Below, piece by piece: positions 12,751-24,608 of a stretch of DNA of 64,000 nt (the stretch's first letter is position 1; each line of letters begins with the position of its first letter). The DNA is from Haliotis rubra (Eukaryota). Made by a program: the position numbers and the translations under genes. Under the pieces are notes generated by a model that saw only the letters and a list, made by a program, of their open reading frames with translations, had not been told where the DNA came from and made no database searches. Location: the NCBI RefSeq assembly GCF_003918875.1, contig NW_025767056.1:62001-126000 (forward strand). Direction: 5' to 3'.

Positions 12751-15700
12751 ATGCCTCAAACTCCTCGGCCTGTGTCCAAGAGAAAGGCAATAGGCCGTAG
12801 AAAGAAAAGGCGGCACAGTTATGAACATTATGATGAAGAGAAGCAAGTTGAACATGTTGCTGCAGACCACTCCTACTCATTTCCTATGTGAGTAGCCACA
12901 AACATTTGAGATTTGTTATATTTTCTTGTTCTTTTAAAATATTTCTTGAATACACAGTACTGTTTTATACAAAAAATACTTATAAATATTTCCACACTTT
13001 TACACCAGACTTTAGACAAACTTTAATATGCCAACTATATGGGCAAATGAATACCACCATTCAATCTCCACTCAAACAACTCCACCCCCCTTTCTGACAT
13101 CTCTCCCACCCTCGCCTCTCCATATGTTTACCATGTGTCAATATGAGACAGCTACTTGCTAGATCACAATGACATGTAACAAACAGTTCTGTCATGGTGT
13201 TGTAAAGTCATCTCCATCCATATTATATGTGTGTTATTATTTTTAAAGCTGATGTTGGTTTTCTCCCTGAAGTGTTTCAATGAGTGATAATATATCCATT
13301 TCTATTCATTGACATATATTCTTAATTACATAATATTTGTAAAACAAATATTATTTGTATGTGATGTCATTGTAATTTATTGCACTTTTCAGAAAAGACT
13401 GCAGTGAGAGTGCCGGATGGGAAACTGCATGGGATAATTTCTATCTAAAAGACAGCAATCCATCACCTTCCACACCCCTTTACAGTGAAGTGACAGATTC
13501 TGACAACTGTTCTGCCAATGCGTTTTATGTTGTTCTCCACAAAGTATTCCAGTATAATGCTGAAGATGAACTGGATGTGGTTGTTTGCAGACTGTTGACT
13601 GAGAGGACATATGCAAGATATCTTTCCCTTATGGATGAAGTTAAGCAAGACCTATCAGCCTTTGGACACTTACTGTTTTCTGGTGCCAATAAACATGGTT
13701 TGAGATTTGTTCAACCATATGATCATGAACCTAGCCAGGCCATGAGACTGAATTTGATCATCAATCAGTCATTGAAACCAACTTTATTTGTCCATGGCAA
13801 GGAAGTAAATACTAATCATGATTTTTGGACTGGTCTTCCACATATATATCATTCTGTGAAAGACATCCAGAAGTTACAGTCCAAACTGGAGCGATGGGAC
13901 ATTTGCATGGGAAACTTTGAGGCTCAGTATGTATCCATGGTGCCCTCAGGTGTTGGAATTTACAAGAGTTCAGGTTGTGTCTCTGCTGTTGCCTACCGGG
14001 AAGATATCCATGCTATCAGAGGTGACATTCCATACGAGTCAACAATACGTTCAACTAATTGCTGTCTACTGGTTCAATCAAAGAGGAGGTGCAAACACTG
14101 TGATCTGTACAGAAATACTCTGCGGAAGAAGGATTCACGTCAAAAAGGCCCACACTGTGTCAACATTTTCTCTGAAGAAAACACCCCACAGTACTATGAA
14201 CAGAATTCATCTGGTTAAAAAAATTAATATGCTAAAACATGAGAAGAGATCAATTCAAGCAGAACTTGACCGACTTAAAAGACGGGTGCTTGATGTCATC
14301 AAAACAAAAGGACATGTGTTGAGCTACAGTGAAAACGAAGAACTCTTACAACTTGTGGAACAATACACAAGTGATGTCTTGAGAAGTTATCCAGACGAAA
14401 CTTCCACTCAAAGGCTCTTCTGGGACCAGCAGCTAAAGTATGCAAAACTCAAAAAAACAAATCCGCAATGAGGTGGCACCCTATGATGGTAAAGTGGTGT
14501 TTGTATTTACGTAGCAAAAGTCAGAAAGCTTACAATGTGGCCAGAGATTCTGGATTTATTGCTCTTCCAAGTACCCGTACCTTATTTGACTATTCACATG
14601 TCTTGCCGAGTACATGTGGCTTTCATGAAAGATTTACTGAACATCTGATTGAACAGGCTGAAAAATGTGGAATGTACAAGGAAGAATGGAAATCCTATGT
14701 TGGGATCCTCCAAGATGAAATTAAAGTATCAGAAGGACTGGTTTATGACAAGAAAAGCGGCGAGTTAGTCGGATATGTAGAGCTGGACAAAACCGGGAAT
14801 GACATCAGTAATATGGAAAATCTGCTTATTGACAGTGATCCCAAACTTGCAAAATCCATTCTGGTTGTTATGGTGAGAGGCATCACTACATCTTTGAAGT
14901 ATCCATTTTTCTGTCTGGCTACTGATGGAATAACTTCAGCGACTTTATACCCTCCAATATGGGAAACTGTGAGAATACTAACGATTGAATGCGGGTTGAA
15001 GCCATTGTTTATTACATGTGATGGGGCAACACCTAACAGGAAATTCTTCAAACTACATCGTGATGAAAATTTGCAGAATACTTTTTGGACTTTAAACCCA
15101 TATTCGTTTCCCACCAGGAAACTGTATTTCATATCTGATGTCCCACACTTATTGAAAACAACAAGAAACTGTTTCTCAAATTCTGGAGCACATAATTTGG
15201 CACGAAATCTTTGGAAAAGTGGGAAATGCATTTCATGGACTCATATTATTCGTTTGTATGAAGATCATGTTGAAACACCATTATTTACCCTATGTCCCAA
15301 ATTAACCAGACATCATGTACATTTATCATCATTTGCAAAGATGAAAGTAAACCTAGCTGCACAAGTACTCAGCAAAACAGTTGCAGATGCTTTGGAAGAA
15401 CTTTATGGGGACCATGTGACAGAAACTGTGAAATTTATTCGCCATATGAATCGTTTCTTCGACTGTCTTAACACTAGACATTTAGAGGAGGCAAAACGCA
15501 AGAGGAACCCAGACCTAGAACCATATAGGACACAAGATGACTCGAGATTTCACTATCTGACTGATGAGTTTCTACAATATTTCAATGACTGGGAAGTGGC
15601 AGTAATGAACAGGGCAGGACAATATACTCTACGTCAGCGAACAAATATGAAGCTGAGTCAACAGACATTGAATGGTCTCCATATCAGTGTGAACTCCATT

Positions 15701-15975
15701 GTAGAATGCACTAAGTTTCTTTTGCATGAAGGAGCAAGTTTTGTTTTGACCCACAGATTTAATCAAGATCCCCTTGAAGAACATTTCGCTCATTATAGAC
15801 ATAAAGGTGGATCGAACGACAATCCAACAGTTTTTTGATGTCCGGAACACTCTTTCTGAACTCAGAGTAATTGGATCTCAAGCACTTGCTCCTATTCGGG
15901 GGAAACGTTTCCAAGAAAAGACAACAGGGATCACTTGCTGTGGACAATACGCCACTAGCAAAGAGGATGAGATAA
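12751..15975 (+). CDS. P-element/THAP9-type transposase (spliced; frameshifts at homopolymers); no THAP domain seen
   Basis: Exon from 12751 (MPQTPRPVSKRKAIGRRKKRR...DHSY, GTGAGT donor), then exon from ~13393. Motifs RWHPMMVKWCLYL, LPSTRTL, ILQDEIKV (D1), ITCDGA (D2), SDVPHLLKTTRN, KMKVNLAAQVLS and NQDPLEEHF (E). Frameshifts near 14145 (A5), 14455 (A7), 15835 (T6) and 15900 (G5). Confidence 0.88.
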
Positions 15976-16039
15976 TCAAGTGACATCCTATTTCATGATC
16001 ATGAATGAAAACTTTGAAAGGCTCAGCTTCAAGGCGAGA

Positions 16040-18340
16040 CAGTATGTTTTAAGTGTGACAGATACATAATTCTACTATTCCCCTACATATCTCCAGAGAA
16101 TTCACCAATCTGTGAAGGCTGTGACAATGATGGTATCTCAACACTGGACTATTACAGTAACAGAGTGAAATCAGACTATCCAGAGGAACATGTCTTCCTA
16201 CGTGGTGATCTGAATGCCAGTATGAAGGACTTTCTAAAGTACATTTCTGATGACATTGTTGAATATGTGTAGTGTGCAGAGTACTACCCCACTGTGTTTG
16301 ACAGTCCTAGGAACATGAACGGCATAATAACTATGGCAATGAATTTGCTGAACTGTGGCGTACATTCAGAGTACATAGGGTATGGCAGAGTACTTAATGA
16401 CCAGTGAATTCACTTTACATGTGTCACACATAATGGTGCAACATGTTGGCATCCTCATCAATTTCCATGTATTAGGATACTTTGGTATTTGTACATTTGA
16501 TTTTTCATGTAACTTTCCATAAACATGATTATATTTTCACTAGAGATTTCTTGTAAACAATGTAGATAGCCATATGCCAGGTAACCATGGTAACAGCTGT
16601 AATGACCATAAGGATATGAAATGAAATATTTTGTAAATTTGTGTGGTTAAATGATTATGGAAATACCTTGTACAGGCAGATGTATTGCAGGTATTCTAGC
16701 ATTGATGAGTCTGTATCTTTATTTGTAAAGTTGCTACATGATGCGGCAACTCATACTGTGGGTGTACATCCACCATGGTTTACAGATAATTGCAGCCAAA
16801 ATTATAGGTCTTGCAGCTCACAGAGATCATTATCAATGTCTGTATATATAGAGAGAGTTTTGAGGAATATTTAATAATAATAATAATAATGTGTCATAGC
16901 GCTAACAATCAAGGCCATTATTACCCCGGATAACCCAAGCTGCCTGTTAGGCACTAGAAGGTTATAGTCATATGACTTTTTTCCACCGGGTACCCATTTT
17001 CCTGCTGGGTGAACAGAGGCAATTTTGAACAAACTCACTTTCCTAAGGTGAGACCACATGTATGACATGTGCTTCGTTGTGGGGCAGGACTAGTCCTAGA
17101 AACTCTCAGGAGTCAAGCTGCCAAACACGGTCACCCATCCAAGATCTCTCCGAGCTCGACGCTGCTTAACTTCACCGATTTGTGACCTGAGCTTTAAGCA
17201 CAGGACAACGCGCCACCAGTGAAATTGTAAAAACAATCCCAAAAATTATAGAGGCATTTTACTTATAGATTCCAGCTATGAATAATATTTATTCACTCAT
17301 TTTAGCTGATGATGCCTCAGCCATATCTCATACTTGTGTTCAGCTACAAAGAAAGTTTACAGTGCTTGAATTTTTTTGTGAAACAAATGGTATGAATGTG
17401 AATTTAATGAAAACTAAAGTTGTTGTTTATAGAATTTACTTCTTTGAAGTCTTGTGAAAAATGGTTTAATGATTGGAACTCTATTAATTTGGTATCTTTA
17501 TATGAATACTTTTGTCTTGTGTTTACCCCAAAGGTAATATGGAGCAAAGCTCAAACATGTTTAGTATCCCAGGCCAATAAGGCATTATTTTCTGTCAATA
17601 ATTTTCAAAGGAAATTAGTTAATTTCAATTGTGTAGAAAAATGGTTAAGATATTTGATTGTATGACCTGTACCATGCTATGGATAAAAATGAGACTCTTC
17701 TGACTTAAATACCATTGAATCTGTCCACATTTAATTTTGTACAAATGCATTTAATGTTGGAAAATGTACTTGTAAAAATATTGTTTTAAATTTAGGTGAA
17801 TCTGGAAGACTACCTTTGCAAGACTACTTTTGAGAAGATAAAAAAAATGTTCTATTTCAATATGGATTTGGCTTTGTTTGGATATAAATGTACTATGCTA
17901 TCCAAAAAGCTACAGTTAATGATTTTTTAAGCAAAAATTGTTTGATAACTTATTTCAGTCCCAGTATTCTCTACAGTCAAAACATAAAATATTTTATTGC
18001 AGTGATTTTAATTCTATTTTAAATGTTGTACATTTAGATTAGAAAACTGGTAGATGTGAAAATGTCATTTTTGAAGAGAGGTATTGCAAATCATGTGAAT
18101 ACTAGGGTATGTTTCTATTGGATGATGAATGTATTTTATATTTGTAAAACATATTCGGTGTACATGAAGAAATATTGTAGTATTGATCACATCATTATTA
18201 ATTTTGCTGGAATAGTAAACAGTGATGTAATAAGAGATGTATGGCAATTTTTTTACCATGTAAATAAGACAAGAAAAACGTAAATGCACATTGTATACAT
18301 AATTGTGATGAAGTTTATATTTTGGGCTGGAGCTCTGTTA
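16040..18340 (+). mobile_element. Heavily degraded L2/CR1-group LINE fragments inside the P element
   Basis: Endonuclease-like ...VFLRGDLNA near 16195, RT-like LILADD near 17300, MNVNLMKTKVVVYR and GESGRLPL. Same group as 62690-63990. Interrupted by the SINE at 16871-17217. Confidence 0.6.
16871..17217 (-). mobile_element. SINE with tRNA-like/5S-rRNA-derived head and Deu/Nin-like core, (TTA)n tail
   Basis: Minus strand reads GGTGGCGCGTTGTCCTGTGCTTAAAGC (tRNA A-box-like), then GAAGTTAAGCAGCGTCGAGCTCGGAGAGATCTTGGATGGGTGACCG (5S internal control region), then CTCTGTTCACCCAGCAGGAAAATGGGTACC (Deu/Nin-like), then GCGCTATGACACATTATTATTA. Confidence 0.75.
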
Positions 18341-18583
18341 CTGAAATAAACCATGAGTCAGTCTTTCTGTCTGTCTGTCTGTCTGTCATACTGATGATCG
18401 GAAACAGTGAACTGAGATACTTGCCATTGCCACATATAATGTGCACTGACCTTGCAAGGTTGAGTAGGAACAAATGGATTTACATCTCTGACATTTATTT
18501 TTTTTAATGATAAAATCAGGGGACACAATTCACCTAATAATACCAAATCCCAGATTATATTATAAAATATCATATTTATCAGG

Positions 18584-20278
18584 TTAATCATTGTAAGGTC
18601 TCAATCGTTTTCTCAGAGACTGGGATTTTTTTTCCTTTGAAAACTGATTTGGCGTTTTCCTTCTGCGTTTGTCTTTGCACACGTTTTGCAGTGGCCCTTC
18701 CACGGAGTCTTAGGAATAGATCTACAATGTTCTCTAAGATTGATGTTTTTAATTTATCCTCAGAGTCAGTTAGCTTGTCCCAGTAGTAAGAAACTGTGAT
18801 ATCTTGCAAGATTGTCTCTTTCAGTGCTGTCTTTGAATCATTGTTGTGATAATATAAATTAGATGCCTGCCTGCATATTGCCTCTATCTTTCGGACAAGA
18901 AAGAAAAAGTTATCACCACAGACTTTCAGTCCACCACGGTTCACCTTCAGAGTCCACTTTTTTTATCTTCGTAACAAAATCAGGAGACTTCTCAGTGGAT
19001 GAGGCACAAAGGTTTTTCATAATTAATGCAGAGGCTGTATTTCCTTTCTTTTTTGATTTTTTTTCCATAGCATAAATCAAGTATCCCGATATGTAGAAGA
19101 GCACAGAGTTGTCTTGGTGTGTAAATGATTCTGCAGACTTCTCTGTGTCCATCTGCAGACTTATAGTAAAATTGTTAACAGCGCATCTGAGGAGGTCGTC
19201 CAGCAGACACTGACTAAACAGGTGGACATGCATTTCTGTCTCTCTGGAAGCTCTCATGATCACGGATCTTAAGCTGGCGCAAAATTCAAAGTTTGTCCTC
19301 ATTGCATGGAATTTCCTAAACATTAATTCCTTGTCTGATGAGAAAGAGCTTGTCTTTCCAAAAAACGGCCAATGTGTCCAGTAATGGTGGCTTGATTAAT
19401 GTTTCGAGATGTTGCATTGTGACAGGTGAAGAAATCACTGCTTTGCCAATCTCAACCATGATACCTCCAGATTTTGATGTGATCGAATTGTGGTTTGGGT
19501 TGTTGCACACTTCGGAGACAGCAGACTCAAGCAGTTGTGCAAATGAGTTGTCAGTAAAGGTTGTTATGCTGCTTGATGTGTTGGTGATACCCTTGTCACA
19601 GACAGGTACAGCAGTAATATCACCAGCTTTCTGTGTGTCTGACACCTTGTGCTGACTGACTGGATTAAAATAATTGTATATTAATATTGCTTTTCTCCAT
19701 CTGCTTATTGAAAACATATGTACAGATAACAGTAGGATACTTGTGATTATTACTATTATTATTATTATTATTATTATGTTTACAGATTAACATCAAATGC
19801 AGCAGAGTGGGTCCGGTGCCTTATTATTATTATTTTTATTAAGCATTACCTCTAAACACTTTCAATTAACCATGATAAGGGCTCAAAACAAAAGAATATA
19901 TTCCTTGAATATGCTGTGGTCTTAATTATTTGCATCAACAAGACTGCATTTATGTCTGACCATCACATATATGGAAATATTCACTATATTAGTACTCTCA
20001 CCTATTACATCGTATCGTTTGTGTTTGTTGACGACGTGACCCCTGAACCCTGACACGGACAAATACTGTTTGGGGCACAGAGGACACTGGTAGCATGTCT
20101 TCTTTACGGAAGGTGTGTCAGTGTGTTTTGTCTTGGTTTTGGGCTTTGGTCGTTCGGTAGAGTTATCTTCGTCCTCAGACCATGAATCCGAACTGAAGTC
20201 TAATTCGTACTCTGTCCATTCACCCAACATTGCCGATAAATCGACATCGGATTCGTCCCAATACAGATAATCTGACAT
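18584..20278 (-). CDS. Second gene of the P element: acidic N-terminus, C2H2 zinc finger and THAP9/P-transposase C-terminal-domain-like region
   Basis: Exon 1 20278-20002 (MSDYLYWDESD...YQCPLCPKQYLSVSGFRGHVVNKH, GTGAG donor) splices in phase to exon 2 at 19659 (TTTTAATCCAG acceptor). C-terminus NSVLFYISGYLIY...NRGGLKVCGDNFFFLVRKIEAICR...ENIVDLFLRLRGRATAK...SLRKRL. About three frameshifts, two in T-runs. Confidence 0.8.
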
Positions 20279-22597
20279 CGTGTTTGTTTGTATTTGGGTA
20301 GATATATAGCGATCGCAGTTGGTATATCACATAGATGAGTAAATCATCACTGCAAGTATAGAACATGTGACATGCACATACACATGACGTATCGCGTCGA
20401 GAAAATTTCTGACAGCTGCGTTATCCGGATGTTTTGGTAACTACGGAAAGCAATGCGCAAGCGCAAGATGGTCAAAGGTTAACCAATCGCGAGTCGCGGC
20501 CGGGGAACGTTATCACTCGCTATCAATGAACACGGTCAGCTTACGCGGCGCACATCGCCTAAGGCTTCCAATCCTGTGTATATACGTCTTTGGTTCCTCA
20601 GCCTGCATCCATGCTTAAAGGAGAATACTAGACAATTGTAATAATTTGCTGGGTGAAAGATAAATTCATCAGAAACATGTAGAGCGGTGTTGGGTATTAC
20701 CGAACAAAATTCCATTTCCGCATTGTTTTCTCAAGTTGCCGATCGTGAGAGCAAATTTGATGCGCATGCCTTGAAAGAGAAACTTCCTCTTCCGGAAGAA
20801 CGATCGTCTGCTCCTTAAATATACTTCAAAGGACTTAGAGAAGAAAATTGACGAAAAGACAAGAAACAGGATTTTACATCCTTAAACGTGGTGCGTATAT
20901 CGGCGATGAGAGGGTTAAGCCAACAAGTCTTAGTCAAAACTGGGATACCCCATTCTGAATATAGCACCATGTCTATTTTAGTACATTACGCAGTTCAAAA
21001 CCATAACGTTAGGCTTTGTTAGCCATATATAGACTGTACCGTCCGATCAACACTAACCCTTCACTGTGTAGCCCTGTCGTCCTTTACCGAACAAGCGTCA
21101 TTGGCCTCAGCAATTTTTGCTATGAGAATGACCATTTGTGTCGCTTATTTGTGGATAATAAAACAAACAGTACTAATTCATCCATATGGTATATGAACCG
21201 TCAAAACAAACACAAAACAAGATAATTATGCCTGTCTCCATTCACTATTTATAGGTGTTAGAATTTACCTTGTCCTGTGTACTTCACGCATATGTTGCTT
21301 TCAAAGCAATATATCGACAACTAAACAATACATTCACATCCTGATGTACACACGGGTAGTGCCTACATGTTCGATCGTGCTATAAATAAATAATCGCTAA
21401 CTTTGGAAACGTGTCGTGTTCTCCTGAAAATAACGATGATTGTTTCATCAACTGATCAAGGAATGTGTGTTATTGTCCAAGCAATCGCGTTCTCCCAAGC
21501 CATATATTAATAACTGAGACTATAACTCCAAACATTAGTCCGGGGAACAACTTACTTTTACATCAGGAACGTGTTTGTTGAGGCATGTCGATAAATGATT
21601 GAAATATTCGACCGTGACCTTACAGGAATGTCAAGGGCGGTTAATTTCCCGACTTCGTTGAGAGTGGTTTCCCTTAGACTGTGCTCCACTACTGACTGAC
21701 GGGCACCTTGCACGTTATTTGCTTTTATTTATATCGGTTCCAGGCATTATCGACCGATACTTAAAGTAAAAGCTAACATCAAATGGTATTTAAGACTTTC
21801 AAATGACTTAAACTTCAGCAGTGTTTAATTATATTCACCCTTGTCTATTTTGAAATACGTAATTCCATTACTTTTCGTGGCCAGTTAATTCTTCCACAAA
21901 ATACGTCAACATATCATAAAAAAAACATACACATTACTCATGTATTTAAAGTAAGGCTTCCAGTATTTTTTTCGGCATTCACATCTTCCGTATGCCTCAT
22001 TTTTGTATTCGTGAAATAATAGAAAGTTCACCGAAGCAGTGGGAATTAATGCCCTGATGTGATCGAGTCTCTTTGCACACAAAACAGTTAAGTTTTCTCA
22101 ATAATATACATTCACTGAAATAATGTTTCAATGAGAAAGCGACCAGACATATATCAAATCAATAAGAATTAAGATTATTAAATAGAGATAAGTGATTTAT
22201 ATTTGAAAATTTCACATGAAACACGTAAAACATCCCCGATGATCTGATATAGATACACACCGGAACACATTTGTAATGCGAATGTACAGACACTGTTCAA
22301 GAACACCTGTTTTATTCCTGGCAGTTATATGATTTACAAGTGAAAATAAGAACTGCCTTTTGAACAAAACATCAATCAAGTGATACTGTTAATATTTAAT
22401 ACAACACTCTTTTTCATCAGTAATGACAGTAATTACTTTTCATAAAGTAAGAACACACTTTAAATGCTATGAATGATCAATATTTCATATGTAGATTAAA
22501 TACAAGTTTATAATTGGTATGCCGTGACATGTATGTCTATTTACTGTCCTGCAATCTGCCTGTCCATCGTTCTAGATTTATGTCAAAATTGCAGACG

Positions 22598-24608
22598 ATG
22601 AACCGTCAAGCCCAGTAAAGAAAAAGTATCTCCAATCAACTTTTGATCATGCAGTTTCTCTCGTCAGACAAGGGTTGTTGTCTCTTTCAAAGGCATCAAG
22701 AACGTACAGCATTCCTAAAACCACCATGTTTGATACATTGCACAATAAATACGATGGAACAAAATGTGGTCACAAAACCATTTTATCGGAAACAGAGGAA
22801 AACCGCCTGGCCGACTGGGTGCTGGACATGTCAAGAATCGGGTACGGTTGCACCAGGGAAGAACTTTTGACAACTGTGAAAAACATTCTGGATGTGGATA
22901 ATTGTGTCAATCCGTTTAAATACAATAAACCAGGAAAGGATTGGTTTTATGGCTTCTTAAAGCGATATCCCAGCATTTCAATCAGGACACCACTTCAATT
23001 GGGGAAGGAGCGAGCTATCGTAACACCAGAGAAAATTGTCGGCTGGCATCAAAATTTCCTTGATTATGTAAACAATCATGTACAAGACCCCACTGTCATA
23101 CTTGACCCGTCTCGAATATATTACGCAGATGAATCGGGGTTTCCTCTCTGCCCGAGGAGTGGGAAAGTATTATCTGCGAGGGGTGCACCTATTGTCTATC
23201 AGTTTGTCTATCAAGTGACAAGACCCAAATCACTGTCATGGCTTATATGAGTGCCAGTGGGCATTATATTCCCCCTATGTTGGTATTCCCAGGCAAGCGG
23301 TTTGCTTACAATGTCTTGGAGGGTTTTGAGGGAGCTGCGATGGCACGATCGGACAATGGTTGGATGGACAGTGTACTCTTTGATGACTGGTTGAGGGATG
23401 TCTTCATTCCTTCAGTCAAGCATAAAGGAGTACAATTTCCTGTCCTGTTGTTTGTTGATGGACATTCAACACACATCACATGGGATGCATCAGAAATTTG
23501 CAAAAAGAATGATGTAATTCTTTACTGTTTGCAAGAACATGCATCTCAGTTGATGCAACCTTTGGACCTTCGCCTATTCAGCTCGCTAGTATGGTGATCT
23601 ACCCTCAGTTGTTGGCGATCTATTGCCTATTTTTATATTGTGCTGTCCCCTAATGTTAAAATGTTTTAGATTTAATTACTAGTTTTACATGTATATCTGT
23701 GTTATTCTAGTTGTTTTACTGTCCTTCGTCGGCAGGTTTTTATAATATCTGTATATATATTCTATTTAAATGTCAAATGTTCTCGTCACGATATGGCTGA
23801 AATATTGCCGATGTGACGTTAAATATTAACTCACTCACTCACTCACTCATTCCCCCAGCCTCTATATATCCTGGACATCCTACTATTCGTGTAGCCTCTA
23901 CTGCGTCTGTGCCCACCAGTCATGATTCCACAGAAGTGACACAAGGACAGGATCAGTTGTCCGTGTTTGAATCTATTCTCGGGGAGGACACTGTGAAGCT
24001 GTACGAGAAACAGAAAGCTACGACGTTCCAGACAATATGTACCAGATATGGTTGAACTTGAAACAGACCAGCATATCGCCATTCGGGAGATTTCTCAATG
24101 TGCCGAGTGTACCGCATGGGAAAAAGAGACGAGGAGGAAGAACACAGTCACTGCCAAAAGCGATAACGGGAGATGCCTATAGGCAGATTTTGCAGGATAG
24201 AAAAAAAAAGAAGAAGAGATTGAACAGCTAAAGGTGATGAAACGTACAGAAAGGGAAGAGAAAAGAAGGAAGAAAGAAGAGGACCGGGAACAGAAGAAAA
24301 GAGGTAGGGACGAGAAACGGCGATTAAAGGAAGCTGAGAAAGAAAGAAGAAGAGCTGAAAGACGCATGCTGGACACAAGCGAGGAGGCGGACTTCTCTCT
24401 AAATGACTCAACTGATTTCGAAATGACCCCCGTCGGACAAACCTCAAAATGTTATAAGTGTGAACTAGCATATGACAACAGGCCTTCAGCTTGGATTTCC
24501 TGTGAAAAATGTGAACCTTTGTTTCATCTCGACTGCAACGATGTACCTGTTGATGATCTCACACCTGAAGAAATCATTGACTTTCCGTTTGAATGCCTTT
24601 TCTGCTGA
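22598..24608 (+). pseudogene. pogo/Tigger-type transposase (HTH_psq, CENP-B HTH, DDE_1, C-terminal PHD-like finger), disrupted
   Basis: SLSKASRTYSIPKTT, EENRLADWVLDMSRIGYG, PGKDWFYGFLKRYP, IYYADESGF, NGWM, LFVDGHSTH, MQPLD; C-terminus CYKC...WISCEKC...HLDC...FECLFC. Interrupted by a LINE tail at 23586-23848. Confidence 0.9.
23586..23848 (+). mobile_element. 5'-truncated I-clade LINE 3' UTR inserted in the pogo transposase
   Basis: Matches the LINE 3' UTR (CTAGTATGGTGATCTAC...CGTCACGATATGGCTGAAATATTGCCGATGTGACG...(CACT)n). Confidence 0.85.

Larger units (their letters stand above)
11511..20592. mobile_element. P-superfamily DNA transposon, 9.08 kb, 31-bp perfect TIRs, two convergent genes
   Basis: CAAAGACGTATATACACAGGATTGGAAGCCT at 11511-11541 and its exact reverse complement at 20562-20592. 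Contains a P/THAP9-type transposase. No clean TSD seen. Confidence 0.93.

Noticed and set aside
17125-17180. 5S rRNA gene
   Set aside because: Only the internal control region is present, embedded in a SINE.
11503-20600. 7-8-bp TSD for the P element
   Set aside because: The flanks TTCATTTC and GTTCCTCA do not match.
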